Shown here in pieces: positions 14,361 through 22,114 of a stretch of 35,544 bases of DNA (the first letter of the stretch is position 1; every line of letters begins with the position of its first letter). The notes below the pieces were generated by a model. It saw only the letters and a list, made by a program, of their open reading frames with translations. It made no database searches and was not told the origin of the DNA. The position numbers were made by a program, and so were the translations under genes. The DNA is from Candidatus Moranbacteria bacterium CG23_combo_of_CG06-09_8_20_14_all_35_22 (GTDB lineage: Bacteria; Patescibacteriota; Minisyncoccia; Moranbacterales; UBA2206), in contig PCRW01000053.1 of the NCBI GenBank assembly GCA_002772115.1, forward strand, positions 1 through 35,544. Direction: 5' to 3'.

Positions 14361-16199
14361 ATGTTAAATATATTCAAAAAAAACACTCCTTCCTCCAACG
14401 CACCCGTCAAGCCGGCTAAGCCGAAAAATGAAATTTTGGAGTCGGAAAAATATTATCAAGAAGGCGTTTCTCGTCTCAATGATCTTTTGGCACCGGCTGC
14501 GATAAAAATAATGCCTAGATTTATTCGCGTGGGAGAAACTTTAGCACAAACTATTTTTGTGGTGGCTTATCCAAGATTTCTCAACAGTAATTGGTTTTCT
14601 CCCATTATAAACATTGATCTACCGATTGATATTTCAATGTTCATCCACCCCATTGAAACTTATGATATTTTGAAAGATCTCAAAAAAAATGCTACCCGTG
14701 TTGAATCCCAAATTCACATTGAACAAGAAAAAGGGATGATCAACGACCCAGCCTTGGAAACAGCCAAACAAGATATTGATGAATTGCGAAGTAATCTCCA
14801 GCAAGGCACGGAAAAGTTTTTCCGTTTTGGGCTCTACATCACTGCCTACGGTGAAAATGAAAAAGAATTATCCGACATCTCCCGTTCCATCGAAGCAATT
14901 TTGGAAGCCCAACTGGTTTATGTTAAGCCGGCCATTTTCAAATCCGAACAAGGCTTCAATTCCACTCTTCCGCTGGCAAATGACGAATTGGATATTGGAA
15001 GTAGTATGAACAGCGCTCCGCTTTCTACCACTTTCCCTTTTGTTTCTTCCACCCTTTCTTCCAATGAAGGCATTCTTTATGGCATAAATCGCCATAACAA
15101 TAGTTTGATTATTTTTGACCGTTTCAAAATGGAAAATGCCAATATGGTAGTTTTTGCTAAATCTGGTGCTGGAAAAAGTTATACGATAAAATTGGAAGTT
15201 TTGCGCTCACTAATGATGGGAACGGATGTGATCATAATTGATCCGGAAAATGAATATAAACATTTGTGCGAAACTGTCAATGGCACTTTTATAAAAATTT
15301 CCCTCAATTCTAATAATCATCTCAACCCATTTGACCTTCCGCACATCAAAGAAGACGAGGATCCTGAAGATGTCCTTCGCAACAACATCGCCAATCTTTT
15401 GGGGCTACTGCATATTATGCTGGGCAACATCACCCCCGAAGAAGATTCAATCTTGGGCCGAGCCATCAAAGAAACTTATGCTGTCCGCGACATTTCTCCT
15501 CAAACTGATTTCAATGCTCTTTCCAAAGAATCTTATCCGACAATGTCTGATTTGTATCAAATTTTGCGCAGTATGGATGGCGGAGAAAATTTGGCCATTC
15601 GAATGGAAAAATATACAGAGGGAATTTTTTCTGGCTTTCTTAATAATGTCACCAATGTGAGCGTGGACAATCAAATGATGGTTTTCAATATCCGCGATAT
15701 GGAAGAAGAACTTCGACCAATTGCGATGTATATTGTGATGCAATTTATCTGGAATGAAATGCGCACCACTCTCAAAAAAAGAATTGTCTTGGCGGATGAA
15801 GCTTGGGTAATGATGAAATATGATGACGCCGCTTCTTTTATGTTCGGTATTGCTAAACGATGTCGAAAATATTATACGGGCCTCACCACCGTCACTCAAG
15901 ATGTTAATGACTTTTTGAGTTCTCGCTATGGTAAAGCGATTGTGACAAATTCCTCTATTCAACTGCTTTTGAAACAATCACCAGCCGCTGTTGATGTCAT
16001 CAGTGAAACCTTTTACCTGACCGATCAAGAAAAATTTTTGCTTTTAGAATCAAATGTAGGAGAAGGAATTTTTTTCGCCGGCACCAAACATGTCGCCATT
16101 AAGGTTGTCGCTTCCTATTCCGAAGACCAGATAATCACCACCGATCCCTCGCAACTACTGGAAATTGAAAAAGCTAAGAAAGAGTTGGAAGAAGAATAA
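14361..16199 (+). CDS. virB4: VirB4/TrbE/PrgJ-type T4SS ATPase
   Basis: 612 aa. Walker A FAKSGAGKSYT, IIDPENEY, Walker B IVLADEAWVMM. N-terminal domain with YPRFLNSNWFSPII block as in Gram-positive VirB4 homologues. Confidence 0.9.
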   Translation: MLNIFKKNTPSSNAPVKPAKPKNEILESEKYYQEGVSRLNDLLAPAAIKIMPRFIRVGETLAQTIFVVAYPRFLNSNWFSPIINIDLPIDISMFIHPIETYDILKDLKKNATRVESQIHIEQEKGMINDPALETAKQDIDELRSNLQQGTEKFFRFGLYITAYGENEKELSDISRSIEAILEAQLVYVKPAIFKSEQGFNSTLPLANDELDIGSSMNSAPLSTTFPFVSSTLSSNEGILYGINRHNNSLIIFDRFKMENANMVVFAKSGAGKSYTIKLEVLRSLMMGTDVIIIDPENEYKHLCETVNGTFIKISLNSNNHLNPFDLPHIKEDEDPEDVLRNNIANLLGLLHIMLGNITPEEDSILGRAIKETYAVRDISPQTDFNALSKESYPTMSDLYQILRSMDGGENLAIRMEKYTEGIFSGFLNNVTNVSVDNQMMVFNIRDMEEELRPIAMYIVMQFIWNEMRTTLKKRIVLADEAWVMMKYDDAASFMFGIAKRCRKYYTGLTTVTQDVNDFLSSRYGKAIVTNSSIQLLLKQSPAAVDVISETFYLTDQEKFLLLESNVGEGIFFAGTKHVAIKVVASYSEDQIITTDPSQLLEIEKAKKELEEE

Positions 16200-16278
16200 G
16201 TTTTACTAAATACCCGCCTCGACTCGCAAGACGATTGCTCGTCGACGCGAGGCTGGCGAAATAAGCTAAATACTAAAG
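16200..16278. repeat. Left arm of repeat unit D, itself interrupted by a 44-nt GC-rich hairpin (16214-16257)
   Basis: ttttactaaatac[ccgcctcgactcgcaagacgattgctcgtcgacgcgaggctggc]gaaataagctaaatactaaag. The bracketed insert recurs at 29047-29091. Confidence 0.8.
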
Positions 16279-16665
16279 ATGATAAAGAAAATTGATTTGA
16301 TTTATGCTGATGAATGTTATGAAATAATGGGAATAGCTTTCGATGTTTTTAAGAAATTAGGATTTGGTCATAAAGAAAATATTTATCAGAAAGCGCTAGC
16401 AACTAATTTTAAAGAAAGAAATTTTAAATTTAAAGAACAGTTGCGATACAATTTGAAATACAAGGATGAAACTTTGGGAGTTTATATTTTAGATTTTTTG
16501 CTTTTTGATAAAATTGTTTTGAAAATAAAACAAAAGGATTTCATTTCTGAAAAAGATATAGATCAAGTTTATAGGTATCTTAGAGCCACGCATTTAAAGC
16601 TCGGAATAATACTTACTTTTACCAAAAAAGGTGCCTGTTTTAAAAGAATAGTTAATTTAAAATAA
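16279..16665 (+). CDS. GxxExxY family protein (PD-(D/E)XK nuclease-like superfamily)
   Basis: 128 aa. Literal motif G-HK-E-NI-Y in FGHKENIYQKAL, and YILDFLLFDKIVLKIK as in this family. Confidence 0.85.
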   Translation: MIKKIDLIYADECYEIMGIAFDVFKKLGFGHKENIYQKALATNFKERNFKFKEQLRYNLKYKDETLGVYILDFLLFDKIVLKIKQKDFISEKDIDQVYRYLRATHLKLGIILTFTKKGACFKRIVNLK

Positions 16666-16700
16666 TTTTAGTATTTCGTTTATTTCGTATTTAGTAAAAC
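16666..16700. repeat. Right arm of repeat unit D
   Basis: ttttagtatttcgtttatttcgtatttagtaaaac, identical to the right arm of units A and B and complementary to 16203-16278. Confidence 0.8.
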
Positions 16701-16701
16701 T

Positions 16702-17211
16702 ATGTCTTACGACCCACAAAAACAAAAAAATCTTCATAATGAACGGCAAACTGACCAAGCTGAAAAAGAAAAAGAGGCGAGTGATTCAGAAAAAGAAAAA
16801 TCGCCCCAAAAACCCCGCCGTTCTTTGGGAAATTTAGCCAAAAAAATTCTACCACCGATTTCCCAAATGAAATTTTCCGATTCGGCTATTTTTGTCGCTC
16901 TTGGTGCTGCCGGATTTAAGGATTTACTCGATTTAATCTCCTTAACTGGCATAGGTTATTTTCTTGTAATAATTATGACCTTTCTGATTTTTATCTTTAT
17001 CGGCTTTATGATCCTTTTGACCATTATGTCGGGCGGAGGGGGAGGATTCTGGATACTACTGATACTTTTTGGCGGAGCTGGCATAGAACTTCTACCCGGT
17101 ATAGATTTTCTACCTGTTACAATGGCCACTGTAATTATGATTTATCTTAGAATTTTATCCAAAAGAAGAAAGAACCAAGAAAAAATGCAAGCCCAAGAAA
17201 GCTACGCTTAA
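16702..17211 (+). CDS. Small membrane protein with a charged N-terminal tail, 3-4 TM helices and a poly-Gly loop
   Basis: 169-aa ORF. Lys/Glu-rich N-terminus, hydrophobic core with a GGGGGF loop, basic C-terminus. No family recognised. Confidence 0.45.
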   Translation: MSYDPQKQKNLHNERQTDQAEKEKEASDSEKEKSPQKPRRSLGNLAKKILPPISQMKFSDSAIFVALGAAGFKDLLDLISLTGIGYFLVIIMTFLIFIFIGFMILLTIMSGGGGGFWILLILFGGAGIELLPGIDFLPVTMATVIMIYLRILSKRRKNQEKMQAQESYA

Positions 17212-17218
17212 CTGGAAA

Positions 17219-17256
17219 TTGGAGACTAAATCTCCAATTGGAGATTTAGTCTCCAA
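17219..17256. repeat. 38-nt perfect palindrome TTGGAGACTAAATCTCCAATTGGAGATTTAGTCTCCAA, copy 1
   Basis: Verified by hand as its own reverse complement. Identical 38-mer at 23280-23317. Confidence 0.9.
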
Positions 17257-17271
17257 AGTTTCCAAAAAACC

Positions 17272-17943
17272 ATGCAACATTATCCTAAAAAAAATCTATC
17301 CTCTTTTCTGCTGGAAAATAAAGAAACTGTCATCACTTCTTTGGTGATTGTTTTTTGTCTAGCTTTATCTGTTTTTTTTCCAACAAAAAATTCTGCCCAA
17401 CTTTTCACGAGCAATATTTTTTTCTTAGTTATTATTCCGATTCTTTATTATAAATTAATTTTAAAAAGAAAAATATCGGAACTAGGTTTGGTATTAAATG
17501 ACAAAAAAATTGGATTTTTTTGGGGAGCTTTGATGTTTCTTGTCAATCTGATAATTTTTTATCTTCTTTATCAGTTTACCGATTTTAACCACAATTATCT
17601 TCTTTCCTCCTATATTGTGCATAACTTTTGGATTTTCCTGTTTTATGAGATTTTAGTGGCTAATATGTTTGTTTTTATCCAAGAATTTTTTTGGCGAGGC
17701 TTTATTTTACTTTATTTTTCTAGAAAAATTGGCCTTTTGGCGATTTTTTTGCAATTTATTATTTTTGTAGGAGTGATACTTCTAATCTCACAAAATTCTT
17801 TTTGGCAAATGGCGCCCACTCTCGTAATTTCTCTAACTTCTGGTATAATTGTATATAAGAGCCGATCAATTTTTTATTCTTGGATTTTTTCCTTACTGTC
17901 AATTTTAATTTTAGATAGTTTTATAATTTATCATTTAAAATGA
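17272..17943 (+). CDS. CPBP (CAAX protease/Abi)-like polytopic membrane protein with degenerate catalytic motifs
   Basis: IQEFFWRGFIL resembles CPBP motif 1 (EExxxR), but with QE. The positions expected for the FxxxH and HxxxN motifs carry no His. About 6-7 TM helices. Confidence 0.4.
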   Translation: MQHYPKKNLSSFLLENKETVITSLVIVFCLALSVFFPTKNSAQLFTSNIFFLVIIPILYYKLILKRKISELGLVLNDKKIGFFWGALMFLVNLIIFYLLYQFTDFNHNYLLSSYIVHNFWIFLFYEILVANMFVFIQEFFWRGFILLYFSRKIGLLAIFLQFIIFVGVILLISQNSFWQMAPTLVISLTSGIIVYKSRSIFYSWIFSLLSILILDSFIIYHLK

Positions 17944-20708
17944 AAAATAAAAAAACCAAAAAAATAAATATTCTTTCCCACATTTTACTTATCCTTACAT
18001 TGTTTCTTTCTCCAATCAGCACTGCTTGGGCTATTGATGTAAACAAAATTATGGGCGTCCAATCACCTACTGAATTTATAGATAAAATTTTTTCCGATCT
18101 CGGCGTGGACAAAGAGCAAGTGAGATACGGCGCCCAAACTTTCAATGTCGCCAACAAAAAAAAGACTCCTCCCCAAGTTACGCTTTTTTTCAATCCAGCT
18201 AATCCAGACGAAGGGGAGAAAGTAACTGTCACCGCTTCTCCCAGCTATTTTCTCAACAATCCAGAAGAACTGTATTACACTTGGTTTTTAAAAACAGCAA
18301 ATTGCACTGATGAGGAAACAGATGACGATGATTATACATATAATTCAGAATGTGATTTGAATAATGACGGCGAAGTTGATATAGAAGATTACAAAATAAA
18401 AGCTATGAGAATCATTGTTAATGGCGGGTTTGATTATACTAGTGTTGACTATTCATCCAGTACTGACAGCAACAATGATAGTTATGATGCTTTTTCCGGT
18501 GGCAATGATCAAGAAGGTAAGACGGCATATTGTTATGTTCATGATATAAAAACAGGAGAAGAATATGCTCTGCCAAGTTGCGGTGATAATAAAACAGAAC
18601 AGCATCTTTTTGCTCACGCTGAATATGAAAATTTTATCGATAAAGACGGCAACCAAATTGATTTAGATGAAGAAACCGGCGATGATGATTTTGGCAGAGA
18701 TGAAGAAAAATTCTGGCATACTGATCCCAACAGCAATGACACTGCCAATTTGGGCCATTCCGATGAAGCTAATGTTGCCGGACTGGGCGTTTTGACCTTT
18801 TCTTGGAATTATCAAAAAGGCGACAAGGTCGGCGTAGTAGTGGAAGGAATTTCCACCGAACCAACCCAAACTGAAGACTCTTCATATAAAACTATGTGGG
18901 CAATGAACAAAGGAAATTACACTCTTGATGCTGATAATAATATTGGCAATGATTATCCCCAAACTACCACTACCACTACTATTACTGAAGATACTCCAGA
19001 AGTCGGTCAAACAACAACTGTCACCGTCACCACTCTTGAAGAATTATCAAACATTGTCAATGAAATAGCTACCATTGAAACGACCATTACCACTCAAACA
19101 GTAGTAACAGATTCCGCTGATCCAACCACCATAATAAGCGATGAAACAGAGGTTTCCAATTCAGCTGAAATAGAAAATATGGTGGGAGACTTTGATATTA
19201 GTAATGACGATATCGGATCTATAGAAAAACCTTCTGATCTTAACGATTTTCTTTACGACGCATTAGTTTCTCCCCAAGAAAATAGCGCTGGAAGCGACAA
19301 ACTTGATATCAGCCTTTCTTATTCTCCCACCAATCCAATCAATGATTCTTCTGGCGAAAGCGGAGACACTTTGATAATCCAATCTTCTATTCCTAACGCC
19401 AAAGATAATAATTATTTGCAATACAACTGGCAGGTTTTTTCCAGTGATGAAGTGAATCCTAATGACTGGGGAACTCCTTTGCTAAAATCAGATTTGAAAG
19501 AATCCACCCAGACAACTGGACTAGGCATTGATACTTTCAAATTTAAATTAGCTTTAAATGAACCAAAAAAATATCTGCGCATTCTTTTGACGGTCACGGA
19601 AAATGTCGGCGAAGAATATCCACGCTCCAGCCGACAAGATATTATCATCCCCATTATTTCTATGGATGCAAATGACCAAATAAGCACCCACAGTGTTTTG
19701 GCCGAAACAGATTCTATCCGTTCTGTTGAGGAAAATCCTTCCGGAGTAAATCTTAAGCTAGACGAAGAAATTTGCACAACAAATAATATAGATAGAGCGA
19801 TTTGTCCCGTAACAAAAAGTCAAATAATTGGCTTGTCTTTTCCAGCAGAGGACGAAGATAATTTTCCGTCCGGCATAACAGATTTTCTTTGGACCATTGA
19901 CGGTAAGCCAATCTCTTATTCTTTTTGTTTTTTTGATAATTGTAATCCAGAAAAACAAACTAACACCGCCTATTTTCCAATTCTCAAAGAAATCGGCGAG
20001 CAATATACTATCGGCTTTACTGCTACCAGCGCAGAAGGAGAAAAAATAAATTTGACCAAAATTTTCAAAGTCGTTGATCCAGAAATTGAGATTAATTTTG
20101 TTGATGATGTTTGTCCAAAAACCAATTCTAGTGATATTTGCCATCGAAATGTTTTAGGCAAATATTTTGATGTAAATAGCCAAGAATTTACCGATTATAG
20201 CAAACTTAATTTTTGGGCACGAAATGATTCTGACATCAAACTGGAAGCGGAAGTTACAGGCTTTTCTGCTTCGCCAGAAAGTTATAGCTGGAATATCGAC
20301 GGCCAAAATATTTCTGCTTCCAATGCTGATCTATATGGCTTTACAATTGATAGCGAAGGAATTCTCACTTTGCCTCCCAAAGAAATTCAAGGGGAAAGCT
20401 ATAATATAACAGTCGGCACTCTTTACACTCAAGAAAATTTAGTGAAAAAAGCGCTCAAAGATATTTGGGGCGTGACTTATAATCAGTTTTACGAAAAAAC
20501 CATTGCAGATGAAGCTATCATCACTATGATGGATGCCGAGGAAATTACTCAAGGACCGGCCAAAAAAATCTTCGCTTCTGTCTATTCCTCTGTTCCCAGT
20601 TATCTCGCTTTTCTTCTGCGAATAATCCTTACCATTTCCCTAATTTTATTCACCACTAAATTGATTTTCTCATTCTCCGCACCAATTAATTCGCGAGAAG
20701 AAAACTAA
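17940..20708 (+). CDS. 922-aa acidic, Thr-rich surface protein with signal peptide and C-terminal TM anchor
   Basis: Its ATG overlaps the previous stop (ATGA at 17940-17943). Signal peptide ...SPISTAWA. Dockerin/EF-hand-like DLNNDGEVDIED. Recurrent Y.W..DG strands (YYTWF, YNWQVF, FLWTIDGK, YSWNIDGQ) suggest Ig/PKD-like domains. TTTTTTIT run. C-terminal hydrophobic helix. Confidence 0.65.
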   Translation: MKNKKTKKINILSHILLILTLFLSPISTAWAIDVNKIMGVQSPTEFIDKIFSDLGVDKEQVRYGAQTFNVANKKKTPPQVTLFFNPANPDEGEKVTVTASPSYFLNNPEELYYTWFLKTANCTDEETDDDDYTYNSECDLNNDGEVDIEDYKIKAMRIIVNGGFDYTSVDYSSSTDSNNDSYDAFSGGNDQEGKTAYCYVHDIKTGEEYALPSCGDNKTEQHLFAHAEYENFIDKDGNQIDLDEETGDDDFGRDEEKFWHTDPNSNDTANLGHSDEANVAGLGVLTFSWNYQKGDKVGVVVEGISTEPTQTEDSSYKTMWAMNKGNYTLDADNNIGNDYPQTTTTTTITEDTPEVGQTTTVTVTTLEELSNIVNEIATIETTITTQTVVTDSADPTTIISDETEVSNSAEIENMVGDFDISNDDIGSIEKPSDLNDFLYDALVSPQENSAGSDKLDISLSYSPTNPINDSSGESGDTLIIQSSIPNAKDNNYLQYNWQVFSSDEVNPNDWGTPLLKSDLKESTQTTGLGIDTFKFKLALNEPKKYLRILLTVTENVGEEYPRSSRQDIIIPIISMDANDQISTHSVLAETDSIRSVEENPSGVNLKLDEEICTTNNIDRAICPVTKSQIIGLSFPAEDEDNFPSGITDFLWTIDGKPISYSFCFFDNCNPEKQTNTAYFPILKEIGEQYTIGFTATSAEGEKINLTKIFKVVDPEIEINFVDDVCPKTNSSDICHRNVLGKYFDVNSQEFTDYSKLNFWARNDSDIKLEAEVTGFSASPESYSWNIDGQNISASNADLYGFTIDSEGILTLPPKEIQGESYNITVGTLYTQENLVKKALKDIWGVTYNQFYEKTIADEAIITMMDAEEITQGPAKKIFASVYSSVPSYLAFLLRIILTISLILFTTKLIFSFSAPINSREEN

Positions 20709-20725
20709 AAACTAAAACAAACCCA

Positions 20726-21649
20726 ATGAAAACAAAAATTAAAATATTCTTTCTAGCTTTATTATTTTTAAATTTAATTCCTGCTTTTTGTTTGGCAGCG
20801 GATACATATGTTCCGATGGAAAAAATTCCGGGGTTTGAGGATCCGGCTGATTTTCCGACCTATTTGATGAACATTTATAAATTTGGCCTTGGCGCTATTG
20901 GAGTTTCGGCGATGTTTATGATTATGATTGGCGGATATATGTATCTCACTTCCGCCGGCAACACCGCCCAAACCGGCAAAGCCAAAGGAGTTATTTTCGA
21001 TGCCATCGCCGGACTAATTTTAGCCCTAGTTTCTTATGTTCTACTTTGGACAATTAATCCAGATTTAGTGAAATTTAAATCAATAACTAGTGGTACTACC
21101 ACTGGCGAAACAGGAACTACCGGCACAAGCGAATATGCGGGTTATAATGCCGCTTGCCCAGATCCAACTTCTAAAGTTCCTATTGATTTCTCTGAATCAC
21201 CAACAATAAGCGCCAGTTCTACTTGCAAAAACTTAATTCCTAATGATGTTAATGGAGTTTCAAAAGAAATATTAAGAACAATAGCCCAATTAGAATCATC
21301 TTGTGGAACAGATTCAAATGCAGAAAATTCGTCAGCAGAATGTTGTGGGATAATGCAACTCAAACCTGATACAGCAGGAATTTCCTGCTCAGAACTAGTT
21401 TCAAATAATACTGCGTCCATAGAAGCAGCCGCCAAATATATAAAAGATAATGCATCAAATCATGATGATGATCCTGTCAAAATTTTTGCTGGCTATAATA
21501 GTGGCTATGGCACAAGCGGTAGTGGCTCTCTTGCCCCAAGTGTAGATTGTCCAGGAAGTTTAAAATTTCAATGTTGTTATGACCCACAAGAACTAGATGA
21601 ATCAATCCATTACGCGTGGAAAGGTAATGGGATATATAAAGGTCAATAA
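20726..21649 (+). CDS. TrbC/VirB2-like T4SS pilin module fused to a C-terminal lytic transglycosylase (SLT, VirB1-like) domain
   Basis: Signal peptide plus two TM helices with IGGYMYLTSAGN..AKGVIFDAIAGLILAL, homologous to the next ORF. Thr/Gly linker. SLT motifs: QLESS (catalytic Glu-Ser), GIMQL and GYNSG. Confidence 0.7.
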   Translation: MKTKIKIFFLALLFLNLIPAFCLAADTYVPMEKIPGFEDPADFPTYLMNIYKFGLGAIGVSAMFMIMIGGYMYLTSAGNTAQTGKAKGVIFDAIAGLILALVSYVLLWTINPDLVKFKSITSGTTTGETGTTGTSEYAGYNAACPDPTSKVPIDFSESPTISASSTCKNLIPNDVNGVSKEILRTIAQLESSCGTDSNAENSSAECCGIMQLKPDTAGISCSELVSNNTASIEAAAKYIKDNASNHDDDPVKIFAGYNSGYGTSGSGSLAPSVDCPGSLKFQCCYDPQELDESIHYAWKGNGIYKGQ

Positions 21650-21658
21650 AAAAATCTT

Positions 21659-22108
21659 ATGTCAACTAAAATAAAACTCCTTATTTTTTTGTTATTTATT
21701 GGAATTTTTTTGCCAGTTTTTTCGACTTATTCCGCTGGACTTGTGCCTTGTGGATTAAACGAAGGAAAAGCGGAAGAAATGGCTCCTTGCACGCTTTGCC
21801 ACCTTATTATTGGAATTTTCAATATTTTTTCTTGGTTTAAAACTATCCTCATCACTGTCGCTGCGGTGGGAATTTTCATTGCGGGAGTGATGTATATCAT
21901 TTCTTCCGGAGACGAAGAAATGATGAAACGCGCCAAAAGCTTTCTCGCCACCAGTCTCACAGGCTTTACTATAGTTTTGGGTGCTTGGCTGATTGTCAAT
22001 TCCGTAATGTGGATTCTTGCCTATGATATTAAAAACTTAGACATCGAACAAGAAAATTGGTATACTTTCTCTTGCGATACAACCAGCACTGCTGATCCAA
22101 ATAAATAA
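21659..22108 (+). CDS. TrbC/VirB2-like T4SS pilin of the type common in Patescibacteria
   Basis: Signal peptide, GLVPCG...APCTLCH Cys motif, then two TM helices with AGVMYIISSGDEEMMKRAKSFL..GFTIVLGAWLIVNSV. Confidence 0.7.
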   Translation: MSTKIKLLIFLLFIGIFLPVFSTYSAGLVPCGLNEGKAEEMAPCTLCHLIIGIFNIFSWFKTILITVAAVGIFIAGVMYIISSGDEEMMKRAKSFLATSLTGFTIVLGAWLIVNSVMWILAYDIKNLDIEQENWYTFSCDTTSTADPNK

Positions 22109-22114
22109 ATTTTT

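Noticed and set aside
15447-15977. 176-aa antisense ORF inside virB4, and similar antisense ORFs at 3664-3969, 4254-4622, 19412-20144 and 21142-21435
   Set aside because: They fully overlap well-supported genes on the opposite strand and have low-complexity or odd composition with no recognisable motifs. They are typical shadow ORFs of AT-rich DNA.
12901-16700. Regularly recurring, near-identical intergenic repeats that might suggest a CRISPR array
   Set aside because: The units are ~124 bp, far longer than CRISPR repeats. The intervening 'spacers' are full-length conserved genes (prgI-like, virB4). No cas genes are present.
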